Origin: Podarcis erhardii
Lineage: Eukaryota
Reading direction: 5' to 3' (one strand)
Assembly (NCBI GenBank): GCA_964252035.1
Contig: OZ176200.1
DNA: 64,000 nucleotides
Made by a program: the position numbers and the translations under genes. The notes beneath the pieces were generated by a model, which was not told the origin of the DNA, did no database searches, and saw only the letters and a list, made by a program, of their open reading frames with translations. Positions 52,760 through 64,000 of this stretch are shown here, piece by piece (position 1 is the first letter of the stretch; each line of letters begins with the position of its first letter).

Positions 52760-53020
52760 AGTAACTCCCCTTTGTCCCAGCTCCTGCCTACCTAGCAGTT
52801 TGAAAGCACACCAGCACAAGTACCTAGATATGCTCTGGCACTCATCATGGTGTTCTGTGTGCCAGAAGCGGTTTAGTCATGCTCGCCACATGACCTGGGA
52901 AAGCTGTCTGCAGACAAACGCTAGATCCTCCAGCCTGAAAGCAGAGATGAGCATCACACCCCATAGCCAAATTCAACTGGACTTAACTGTCCAGGGGTCC
53001 TTCACCGTTATCTTTACCTA
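52760..53020 (+). mobile_element. Sauria SINE, degraded
   Basis: CCCAGCTCCTGCC..CCTAGCAGTTTGAAAGCAC...GCCAGAAGCGGTTTAGTCATGCT...CCAGGGGTCC...TTTACCT, homologous to 42471-42831. Confidence 0.75.
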
Positions 53021-53547
53021 AACATTTATTTATTTAAAATAGTTGCAGGCTGCCTTTCTAGTAAAGAAACTGCTAATTTTATCAAATAAATGTCCTTGAG
53101 CACATGCAGTGTCTTTCCCTTTTCGCAGAGCAAGCAAACATCTTGCTACTGTGTTATTTTATGAATAATTACCGTAGGTGCACCAACTCTGCATGCAATT
53201 ACACTGTAAGCCATCACAACACCAAGTTATCTGGCCCCTCAATATGAAAAACATCTTTGCTCCTGGTGTGTTGGTAAGTGCTTTTGGACAAGACTGGACT
53301 TGCCCCTTATAAATGTATTTGGGCTTTCAGCCAGAGTCCCATTCCCTTCAAAGGAACTTAAGCAACTTGCATGCAGGATGCCAGTCTTAATTACCAATTA
53401 TTCTTTTGGAGTTATATACCAGTTCTTGGCAATGTATTGTATCCAGTACAAGAAAATTAGTGTCCGGTATATTTAACCTGAAGAAAAACACATGAAGAAA
53501 TTAGATGAACTGGAAGAACTAGCATACTCATAAATTGTTTACATACG

Positions 53548-54369
53548 TGTCAGGGCTGCCTCTAGGTCCCAGCTCACAGAGGACCAACGCCAGGCTGATA
53601 TTATGTACAAAAGTCTTTATTGAAGTATAGTTTCCATTTTAAAGCCAGAGCGTGCAACCCTACGTCTAGACTCTAGATCGGCGAAGTCCTATCTGAATCA
53701 CTTCCCCTTCCGCACCAGTTTAAGATCCTAGCCCTGCTCCACCTTCCGCGCTGCTCTCTCCTCCTCTGGGTCCTCCTGCCCTCTGGGGCATTGCCCTTCC
53801 TGGACTCTTCCGACGCTGAGTCGCTTAGCTCCTCCCCTTGCCTCCCGCGTGCTTTAGGACCCGGTTCCCAATCCTCACTCTCTGCTGTCCCGCGCTCCTG
53901 TACATTTGAACTTGCTTCTCGCGCCAACCCAGTGACCTTTCTCCTAACCGTTACACTGCTTCTATCACTGCTTCCCTCTTCTGTGACACTGGCCGGATCT
54001 GACCTCCCCACCGTTGTACGACTCTCCGAGGAAGGCGTGGTCAGCTCTGCCTCGTCTTCTCTCCCTGGTGGGGGAAGTACTGGTCCCGATGCCTGGGACC
54101 CTTCCCCCCCACTCTGCTCTGGTGGGGAAGCTGGTCCTGATCTCCAACTACTACTCTGGGAGTCCCTGCTCCCCCTTTGCTCCTGGGGCGTTCCCCTTGG
54201 GACCCCCCTACCCCTGGCCACTGGCGCTCCCTTCTGTGAATCTTCCGATTCGCTGGAGAGGCTTATGGAATCCCTCGGACCACTGTCTCCTCCTACACTG
54301 CCCTCTGATTCCTCGCCCTCGCTCTCCATTTCCCATCTTCCCTGTGCCTCTGCTCCTGAGCCCCTGACA
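53548..54369 (-). mobile_element. Probable solo LTR (Gypsy/retroviral type), 822 bp
   Basis: Termini TGTCAGGG and CCCTGACA (TG...CA with an 8-bp inverted repeat). On the minus strand, TTTAAAA and AATAAA (53616-53621) lie near the 3' end, and the body is purine-rich. The TSD is imperfect (atacg vs tcacg). Confidence 0.7.
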
Positions 54370-54398
54370 TCACGCAAACAAGTTTCTGTAAGCTATTA

Positions 54399-54613
54399 GG
54401 TAAAGGGACCCCTGACCATTAGGTCCAGTCGTGACCGACTTTGGGTTTGCGGCGCTCATCTCGCTTTAGTGGCCAAGGGAGCCAGCGTACAGCTTCCAGG
54501 TCATGTGGCCAGGATGACTAAGCCGCTTCTGGTGAACCAGAGCAGCACTGTTTACCTTCCTGCTGGAGCGGTACCTATTTATCTACTTGCACTTTGACAT
54601 GCTTTCAAACTGC
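54399..54613 (-). mobile_element. Sauria SINE, 3' half
   Basis: GGTAAAGGGACCCCTGACCATTAGGTCCAGTCG... matches the 3' part of the 42471 copy. Confidence 0.88.
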
Positions 54614-54779
54614 ACAAAACCTGGAAGGTATGAGCATGGTGGCACTTTAACATTTGGTTTGCCAAACGCCCCAAGGCTCACTTGGAAGAATAAATAATCT
54701 TATAGACCTGCACTGCTCAGGAATAAAGGGCGAGGAAGGAGTGCCACCTTTTCCTCTAAAGTACGACTTCTTGCCCTTT

Positions 54780-55400
54780 TAACACCTGTGTGACAGGAAT
54801 TCAGCCAACGAGCCTTTGTAGCAGCCCACTAGAAGCCAGAGCGGGCCCCTTACATGGCAATCCTGCCCGAGGCCGCGGACCATCCAAGCCGTTCCCGAAT
54901 AACAAGGGCGACGAGGCCGCTCTCCTGAGGGAGGGAAGAGCAGGCGTTGCAGCGGCAGCCGACGACAAGGCCTCCGCTCCCATTGCGCCCCCCCCCCAGC
55001 CTCCGCAAGAGCAGCCTGAGGCCGCCTCCCTCTCCAGCCGAGGGGAGGGCCGACAGGAGGGGACGCTGCGGCCGAGGGGGGGAGTTTCCTCGGCTAGCCG
55101 AGCCTTCCCCGCCGCCGCCGCCGCTCCTCCTCCTGCTCTCTGTGGGCGGAGCGGGACACGAAGGCAGGAAGCGGCCATGGCGGACTGGGGGCGAGGTGAG
55201 AGTGTGGAAGAGGCTGGCGAGGGGTCGCCGGAGGGGGAGCGGGTGGCGGCGGCGGCGGCGGCGGCGCTGCCTTCCCTCAGGAGAACGGGGCTGGGGGCGC
55301 CGTTGCTCCGGCTCGTCGCGCTGCCTCAGGACCTCCGTGGCCTGTGCTGGGGGTGGGGGACGGGGAACAAAGGAGGCATTCTGATCCTCCCCAGGTCACA
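54780..55400. promoter_or_regulatory. CpG island / bidirectional promoter of BET1L and RIC8A
   Basis: GC/CpG-rich with GCC runs, and it contains BET1L exon 1. The RIC8A ATG is about 6 kb away with its own acceptor (49144-49145), so a noncoding first exon is expected here; candidate minus-strand donor CAT|GTAAGG at 54854/54853. Confidence 0.75.
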
Positions 55401-57235
55401 GTTGCCACCTTCTCCCCTGCTCGGGGCTCCTGTGTCTTCTGTAGTTGAGTGACGGGCAAGGACGTGGCAGCTGTTTTGCCCATGCTTTGCCAGTGTGGCT
55501 TTCCGTTGTGGTGGTGGAATGGACTCTTCCCCACTCGCAGGGCATTTGTGTGTGTGTGTCTGCACTGTGGGGTAACATCCCACACTAGCAAGTGGGGAGC
55601 CTGCTGTGCCCTGTGATGGTGAAAATAGGCTTTGGAGTGAGCTCGGGGATGGTCTGCAAAATAACCACACATTTTACCATACTACCTTTTGTTTTAACAG
55701 CTGTTATGTTTTAGCTGCACTAAGTGGCGTAATTATTTTATCTTCATTTCAGGTCAGAATGCCAATGCTGTGGATGATATGTTAGATGTGGAAAACAAGC
55801 GTATGACCGAAAACCTAGCCTCCAAAGTCACCCGGCTAAAATCGGTTTGTAGATTACTTACTTTACCTGGGGCATCCACACCTACCTTTTGCCCTGTGCT
55901 TTTCTAGGCACAGGGCTGTGCTTTGAAATGTCATCACTGAACATGTTTTCTTTCTTTTGGCCTGGCACTTTCCCATCGAAAACTTGCTCTTTCACGCTGA
56001 ATCAGAACAAATGGAAATTTGTGGCATTTGGGCAAAAAGGAAGTCTGGATGAGCCCTTGCTCTTTGATTGCTGTCTTGCTCTCCAGAAGACTTTGGTCTT
56101 TGAGGGTTTTTGTTTTTGTCCCCAACCCCCTTGTATTTAGTAATACACAGAGAATTGCTCAGGAGCAAATGATATTCTTGTTTGCAGTTTTATTAGTTCT
56201 TTCCGAAAGTTGTCTAGGTGTCAATAACTGCTTCATTCTGTATTTTCAATAGCTTGCACTGGACATTGACAAAGATGCTGAGGATCAAAATCACTACTTG
56301 GATGGCATGGTAAGCAACTGTTTGCACTCTTTAAGAATTACTGATGAAGCTCAGCATGAGCAAACAGGACAATTAGTTTGTATTGAAACATATTTCTGTA
56401 CAGAGAAGAAATCACCCACAAGTCTATTGGTGTAAGTAGCTCTGTTCCAGAGAGTTAATGTGTTTTAGCCTGCCATTGTACTTCTGGAACATGCTCATGC
56501 ACACGTATATTTTTCCTTTCCAAGAGGGACCAAACTTGTTGGTCTTCTGTTGGTAGTGATTCCCTGAGAAACTGGTGTTCAGTGATCTGGTATCTAATGG
56601 CAAATATGCTGTGAAACTATTTTATGCAGTAAGATTGAGGTTTGTGTCAAATATTCTGAATTTCTTACGCAAGAAGTACCTGAATGAACAAGTGTGCAAA
56701 CCTTGTGTGGACCTTGCACAGACTACCACATGTTATAATGATCACATAAAAGTCTTATTTTCTCACTGGGTTATCGCAAGGATAAATGAGAGCAAAATAT
56801 GCATGCAGTAAAGTCATTTAAAATTGTTATTGACAAGGTCAAATCTTGAATTTCACTAGTGTATTTTGCTGGTGTGGGATCTGAGCACATGTGTCTGCAT
56901 TTGTTTGGGTTTTCTTTTTAAATATTAACAGTATTAAATTGGAATTCAATTAACTGAGTTAAATGTATTTCTCTCACTGAAATATGCCATATGTATATAT
57001 AATCATGTTGCTTCTTTCAGTAAGCAATGTCTTCTAAATACTTTATTATTTCTACTCTTTGCATTAGGATTCCGATTTCATGAGTGTGACAGGCCTTCTG
57101 ACGGGGAGTGTGAAGCGTTTCTCCACTATGACCCGGTCGGGAAGAGACAATCGTAAACTTCTTTGCTACGTCTCTGCTGGACTGATTGTAGTCTTCTTCA
57201 TCCTCTATTATTTGGTGACAAGAGCACGGACTTGA
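55177..57235 (+). CDS. BET1L: BET1-like Golgi SNARE (GS15), 111 aa
   Basis: Exons 55177-55195 (MADWGR), 55753-55844, 56253-56309 and 57068-57235 (DSDFMSVTGLLTGSVKRFSTMTRSGRDNRKLLCYVSAGLIVVFFILYYLVTRART*). Total 336 nt, with a SNARE helix and C-terminal TM anchor. Confidence 0.98.
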
Positions 57236-60200
57236 GTAATTGTCAAGATTTTGTATTGGATAGTTGTTGAAGAGGGGAAAAAACTGATGATGAAAATGGT
57301 TTTGGAAGATCTTCAGATCCTGAAAATATTATTCAAATGTTGACAGTGATCCAGAGGCACCTCTGTGGATTTCAGTATCATCTCTGGATTGTTTTGACTC
57401 ACTCTCTTAAAAAGAATATAATTTATTCTGTCACTGTTCCTTTGAAAATTTAAATGCAGCACAATTCACATCCTTGTTGAAACCAAGTCTCTATATAATA
57501 CCTTATTCTCTTTGCTGTCTGGGAAAGCATGCTGGTGATGCCACCTCTTATAATTTTGTGGTCAGCAGGAAAATCCTGACACCCATGTCAGAGATGTTCA
57601 AGTGCCCAATTTAAATGAAAAAATACTACCTGGAGGACTGTGATGCATCTCTTGAGAACTAATTGTGTTATGGACAACTTCTTCCTAGAAAAGTAACTTT
57701 GAATTTATTTCCACTTCTGTTAACACCAGCATTTGTAAGTAGTCAAACAATCCTTTTTGCCTATTACTCTCAAGGACTTGCTTAGTAAAACAGAGAATAT
57801 TCCTAAACGAAGGAAGAGTGAGAACTTGCACAAATGATTTTATCTCATTTTTTCCCTTCTTGTTCTAGTCTGTTCCCTGACCAGATTATTTATATTTGTT
57901 TCTTGTTATACAAACCTTACCTTATAGCAAGTTAATGTATATTCGCTTTAAAAAGTTTGTCCAAATCATCCTTTCTGTTAAAGAATTTTATTGATTCTTG
58001 GTTAAGTCTTCTTTAGCTGGCTGCTGAATAATTATCCACTTCTCTCTGGAATCAAGTAACATTTTGCAATACTCCTCAGTTTTAATGTTTGTTCTAGGTT
58101 CTGGCACCTGGAGTGCTAGAAAGGTATTAACAGCAAAACTGGAGTTAAATTTGTGTGTGATTGATATATATATATCAGTGTGTGTATGTATGTGTGTGTC
58201 CTATGCATGTATAAAACTTGGGTAAAGGCACATAGGATTGCAGCCTAGGTTTTTCATCTCTCGACTGGTGGTCTGACATTCCAATTTCCCAGATATAACT
58301 TTCCATAATTTACAGTGTCACAACTGAAATAATATAAAGAAGAAAGATTCTGGTACAGTTCTGCTGTGTATCATGGTCTAGTTGATACATTGCTGATCTT
58401 TGTCATTCAAAGCCTGACTTGATTTGGGTGAATCTTGCTTTTTTGTTTCTCATTTATTCTATAACATCTCACCATAGCAATAGTACCTTCACACTGGTTT
58501 TTAACTTAAAAATAAAATTAAAACAGGTTTTAAACACTTGCCAGTATTTTTCCCCCCTGTATCCCTGTCCCTACTATAAATTCTGATATATACAGGTCCT
58601 GACCTAGTATTAAGCAAAGTGAGGCAGTTAGCTCAGCCAGTGCTAGCGAGATAGCAGCAGCAATCCCACAAGCTGTTCCTGAGCCTTTAGCCCTCACCTG
58701 TTAAAGCACATCTGTGCCACAGGATGTTACACACACCCTCCCACCAAAAAAACCAGCCTGCTGCCCTTAGGCACAGTAGAGGACACTATCCTGTTGCTAG
58801 TAGTGAAGTAAGATTCAGCTGCATGGAATGGAAGGAGCATCATCTTGTCTTTGCCTCAGGCAGCAAAACATGCCAGTCCTGGATATATACTAGGTAGTTT
58901 CTAAAGTCTTTCTTAGTAACCTTTGGCTGTTCTTATGAAAAGGAAATATTTGCTCCTGCATGTAAGACAATAGAGGCTGCTGCCCAAGGTTATAGTTGCT
59001 TCTTTAGATGCTTCTTTAGAACAAGTGAGCGAACTAGATCGGTATCAGGTTTTTGAGGGCAAGTTAAAAAATCTTCCAGAAGCCTGTCTTCTAAAACCTC
59101 TGAATGAGGGACAAGGCAACAAGCCCCAGTTTGTGAACCCCTAAATGCATACTCCATAGAGACATGCAGTGAATCGTAGCTCTTAAACAAGTGTACCCGT
59201 CCTGATACATGTGGTTGCAATAATATTTGTCATATTCACCTCATATCTCTAGGTGTACAGTACCTAAAAATGCAATGGGCAAAATTAACCTGAGGTCACT
59301 GAAAAGCTTACAATCTTCAACTCAGGGATGCTGTCAAAAGATGCAGAATTCTTTAAAGTCACTATGATTTATTTATCGTTTTTTAATGCCAGAAAATTAA
59401 AAGCACACTTCTCAGTTGGCTTCCAAGCCAGACAAACTTCGTAGCATGCCATTCCTGTTCTAGCCTTAAAAGTTGTTGGCAGGGGCCAAAAGATCAGGGC
59501 AAAAATACTGCTCAAAAGCTTCCTCCCAAAGCTGATAGCCTTGCTGTCTCAAAGCAGGGCTAACTGTTTCAGTGTCAAGGGAAAGGGTTAAATACCCCTC
59601 TCCTTTTAAAGCCCTAAAAAGATATTGGGAGATCTGATTGCAGATATTCCACATCATGTGCTAGGAGACTTTTGAAAGATAAATCTAAATAAAGAAGTTT
59701 GTGCTTTTATTTTGAAAGGTATCTCAACTGACATTCTGTTGCTATAGCATGGTGAGAAAGAAAGTGAGTTTATTTGCTTTTTGCAGCAAAAACAATCTTG
59801 TAGCACCTTTAAAGACTAACAGATTTTATGGACTGTATACCATGAAAGTTTTTGCCGTAATAAAGTTACTGTCTAAATTGTGGTCAAGTGGACAGAGTAG
59901 GGCTTGGAACAAATTTCATCTGTGCTATGAGCTTATTGTGTAGCCTGGGGGGAAAAACAGGTGCAGCCTCATATACTCATCTGTGAAATGGCTTCTCTGT
60001 GAAATCCTCACAGAGTTGCTCTGAGGATGAACACAATAAATATAATGCACAAAGGATGATAAGGAGGGGGAACTGGTGAGATCCTGGTTCCCCCTCAACA
60101 CCTTTGTGCAGGAGGGGATGCAACCATTCACAGCGTCAATTATTTCAGCTGCTGTACCAGTATTAATGGGTGAGAATCCTGACTGAGCTGCAAGGCAGTA

Positions 60201-60852
60201 TTGTTATCACTATTACTGCTAGTTCTCTATGAAAAAGCTTAACATTCTACTTTTCAAGTTCAGAATATTCCTACAGTTTTCGAGTAGTGAACCCTCTACA
60301 AAAGAACTGGTGTTTTATTTTATAGCTAGGACATGAAATAAACATTTTATTCCTGATTTATTTATTTATTTCAAAACACGTTTCTCAGCTGAAGATAGGG
60401 AATATACAAAATACTTTTTATGTGAGTTATTGCAACAAACAAGTTCCATGAAATAATTCTGGATCAGGAACACAAGTAGCTTTTTTACACAAATACATAT
60501 ATATATTTAATATATATTGGATCCTACTTTATGAAGAATGACACCGTTAATTGTATACTAGTTGTCAGAATGCCGACATGCATTTAGATCTGTATACCTT
60601 GGGCTCAAAGAGTAGGGCAAGTGTGAGCTGCGCTTTGTCTTCCTCACAAGAGGGGCTTATGGCATATCCCTTCATCAGAGGACAGAACTTCAGTCTTGAA
60701 TGGTAATCAGTTTCTGAATATTTTAAATGGTCCTTTAGCTCTGGTATTTGTAAAAAAATGCAGTTAAACAGCTGGTGGTTAACTGTTAAAATGTGGAGGA
60801 ACATGATATAGAAATATCAGTAGAAAAATCATTTTCTGTACAAGGGATGAAT

Positions 60853-63800
60853 TCAGCAGACGTCCACAATCAGAGGTGTTGTGTAGTCGGAGTGTCTGAT
60901 TCCAAAAGTGACAACTGGAGCACAAGATTTGAGCAATGATACCTAGAAGCAGAAGGAGTGTAAAATATATTAGGTGAAACAGGCTAGGCTTCTGCTAACA
61001 GATTCTTGATTTTGTTCTTTGATCTCTGTGTTCTGCTTAACAGAACAGGCTGCTTCCTGCTGGTTTACTGAGTAAGAAGCATTTTAAATGGAATGTTAAG
61101 TGGAAGAATTAAGTACAGATAATTAATAATTGCAGAGCACAACTGGGGCAGTGTTTCATGAAATACTGCTGGAGGAGCTAGATGAATATCCTGGGCATTG
61201 TGGACCCCTGGAGATAAACAGTAATTTCAACATCTTGTTTCTTCTGGTCTGAGTAACTTCATATGCAATTAAGTAGCACCATGGTTGATTCTGGAAATGG
61301 AGTGTGTACAGTTTCAAGATCCAGCAGCACACACTTGCAAACAAAATTTCATGCGATTTTCATGTTCACCAGTTCACAAAACCCCCAAACTGCTTTGCGC
61401 ACACCTTTAGTAGTCTCAGGGGCGTACAAAGTGGAGGGCGGAGGGGGCAGATCGCCCCGGGTTCCACCCGGGGGGGGGGGCAGGTTTGACAAGATGGCCC
61501 CTGCCTCCCCCCAGCTGTAGAGCGGCGAGGGCGCACACAGCAAGGGCGCCGCTCGCACGGCGACCGTATGGGCTGCCACGCGTGCGCACTCTCTAGGGAT
61601 GCCGCTGCGTGAGAGCGGCAGCCCATACGGACTGCGCATGTGCGGCATCCTGTATGGTCGCCGCACATGTGTAGTCCGTACAGATGTCGCACGTCCGTCA
61701 CTGGGCGATTCGCCCTGCCCCTCGGTGTCCCGCCCCGGGTGCCGGAGAGGTTTCCTCCGCCACTGAGTAGTCTCACTATGTTCCCAATCTGTCAAACCAT
61801 GTGTTTGGCAGCAGAAGAGACTGGTTTGTTAAACTATATTTTGCATTACATCCAAGCCAGGAAATTGGTCTAAGCACACCATGTAAACCAGGATTGCAAA
61901 CCACTAGTTGTTCTCGGTTTACAATCCTGGCTTGTAGAGACCTTTAAAGCTATACTTTAGACATCATGGCAAACTGTCATTCAACAATACAGAAAGTTTC
62001 TCTGACAGCCAGCTGCATAAGGAGAGGAGGGACTGCTCCAGCCCATTGCTTGCTCCTGAGCCAACAAACCATGGTTTCTTGAAGCAGAAATGTAATGTCC
62101 CAATCAGACCCGTGTGACAAATGGACCAATCTAGATAAAGGATATCACTAGTAATTATTTGCGTGGGCCATAACAAGTTGATGGTTTGGTAATTACGTCG
62201 AAGAAAAATGAACAGGGTTGCTAAGCTACCTATGACCAGCTTCTAACTTCTGCTTCTGTAATATTAGGACAAACATTTCCCTCTCCTCACACCCCACGAT
62301 TTCAGGCTCTGTTTCCAGGAAAAGAGAATATCCGTACATGGGAGTAATAATTGCTGAAAACAATTAAGAATGAAAGGAAGCTGCTTCTCACCTTTCCTAC
62401 ACTATAGTCTGCAGGCCCAGGTGTTTTCCCAGCTCTTAGACCCTTGCTTCGACTGCCCATAGAATACTTGGGTGCTCTCTTTTTGTAGATGTCTGTATCG
62501 GGCTTATGATATGCAGCAGGACCAGGGGTCTGTAAGAGAAGGAACAGGATTCCCATAGATGAAGTAATAATACAATCTATATCTCCTAATTTCCCAGGAA
62601 AATTGAGCAGCTCCCTGTGTTACACCAAAACACAATGAATATAGTTTCTACCGTGGCAACACTTTACTTCTCTCATTAATTGTCTTCCGCTCCCCAATGA
62701 TTTATCAGTGCGGTTGTAAAATAAAACAGCAAATATGAAAACAGGACCTGCCATTGAGTTGTTGTTTTTTAAGGACATGTGGAAATTAGAGTAAAGGATG
62801 TTGCACAACTGAAACTAAAAAGTAGGGGTAAAACAAGATTAAAGGCGTTGCAAAAAGTTTGGTAAAATGACCATGGCAATAGCGAACAGTGCGTCAGAGC
62901 CAGATTTCTATCTGCTCCTGAATAAGTAATTTTAGCATTAAGACCCCCATGAAAGAGCACAAATTGGCCCTTTGGCACTAGCAACCAGCAGTATGCATTA
63001 AATCAAGATTAAAACAAATCTCAGAAAAATGGACCAGAGCAGGCACAACTTTGATTATTGGTAACCAAGAGAGAAACAAGGCATGAAATGAACCAGCAGT
63101 CTACCTTATGCAAGTCTTCATCGAAACGCCCAAGCTTACTCCTCCCTGTCATGGAGTAAGAAGGGCCGGCGGAGGTGGCCACTGTGTGCGGCCCAAGGAC
63201 CTCAGGCATCGTGTAAGCGCTGGGACCTGAAATAGGAACATGGGGACCATTGGGAGGAGCACCAGAGACTTCCAGCAGAGCCGGAGGAGGAGGGAGGTAA
63301 TGGCTGGGATGCAAAGAGCTACTTCAGGTTGGCCTAAGTGCTCGGGAATACCTCCTAGGAAACTTTTGACTGTTTTCCTTCAAAGAGGTGTAGGGAACCA
63401 TTGGTCTGCCAGATGTTGCTGAAGTACAGCTCCCATCATCACTGGCCTTTGGCAATGCTGGGGTTGATGGGAGCTGTAGTTCAGCTACATCTGTCTTAGA
63501 ACATCAAACCATCGCAATACAGTATCTCATAAATTGCTTTTCAGTGCCTCCTCCATTTCAAAAGAGTTTTCTTAATTTTATTTTCCTCCAGAGGCCATGT
63601 GCACATTCTCTCCAGCATTCAAGTTCACAGGTCAAAACATAAAAAGCTATTTCCCACTTCCACCAAGTCTATCCTTTACCTACAAAGGCTAGGAGCTCTT
63701 CTTTTCATAATTTGTGAATGGTGATACCGGGTTAGCGTGATGCCAGCCACCCGCAGCCTGACCACCATGAGAGATGACCTTTCTGAATGGCAGAAGCATA

Positions 63801-64000
63801 ACACTACACCCCTAGGCTCAAACATGCGCATGTAAGTCCTGCTGAACTTGCTTCCAAGTAAACATGCATAGATCTGAGCTAATGCGCTGTGTTTCATCAT
63901 TGATAAATTTCTTAAGACAACCTATGTTTGATGCCCTCCAACAACAACAGCAAAGCAAAAAACAAAACCATAAGGGATAAGCCTTACCTGGTGTGGCGTC
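60853..64000 (-). CDS. CIMAP1A: Ciliary microtubule associated protein 1A / outer dense fiber protein 3 family, 3' exons (5' part beyond the window)
   Basis: Exons 63988-64000+ (DATPG), 63105-63226 (PSAYTMPEVLGPHTV...GRSKLGRFDEDLHK), 62392-62529 (TPGPAAYHKP...TPGPADYSVGK) and 60853-60942 (VSLLKSCAPVVTFGIRHSDYTTPLIVDVC*). These carry STPGP/SHIPPO-type repeats. The gene is convergent with BET1L, as human ODF3 is. The paralog assignment relies on synteny and on the last exon. Confidence 0.85.
61417..61765. mobile_element. Young CpG-rich hAT MITE (349 bp) in the last CIMAP1A intron
   Basis: Termini CAGGGGCG and CGCCACTG, perfect 8-bp TSD AGTAGTCT (61409-61416, 61766-61773), and internal inverted repeats. 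Confidence 0.9.

Noticed and set aside
53791-54399. 202-aa Ser/Pro/Leu-rich plus-strand ORF
   Set aside because: It is the antisense mirror of the purine-rich LTR ORF, with no motif and no ATG start.
54790-55672. ORFs of 114-220 aa around BET1L exon 1
   Set aside because: CpG-island composition artefact; only the 19-nt BET1L first coding exon is supported.
59790-59860. Short segment resembling a Penelope-like element end (TCTTGTAGCACCTTTAAAGACTAACAG)
   Set aside because: Too short and degraded to call with confidence without a repeat library.
61349-61873. ORFs of 136-148 aa
   Set aside because: They fall inside the GC-rich non-autonomous MITE and show no transposase motifs.

Overview
Vertebrate genomic DNA, almost certainly from a squamate (lizard). 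The Sauria SINE copies resemble the lacertid type; this is inference. The window holds the conserved block syntenic with human 11p15.5 and mouse distal chr7: the 3' end of a ficolin/ryncolin-like fibrinogen-domain gene (+), COX8B-like (+), PSMD13 (-), SIRT3 (+), RIC8A (-), BET1L (+) and the 3' half of CIMAP1A/ODF3 (-). PSMD13/SIRT3 and RIC8A/BET1L are head-to-head pairs at two CpG islands. I reconstructed exon-intron structures by hand from GT-AG sites and reading phase; all give open frames. Introns and intergenic DNA carry CR1, L2-like and RTE fragments, Sauria SINEs, TA-flanked Tc1/mariner-type MITEs, hAT MITEs with 8-bp target duplications and a probable solo LTR. The most notable observations are two different hAT MITEs stacked at one 8-bp target (three copies of GAGTAGAT), a probable solo LTR beside the RIC8A promoter carrying a 218-codon ORF and a sense polyA signal, an intact COX8 with a muscle-type E-box cluster, a two-exon SIRT3 leader outside the CpG island, and a ficolin-like gene at an unexpected syntenic position. 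I saw no clearly new biological system; element and gene family names come from recalled motifs, not database searches.
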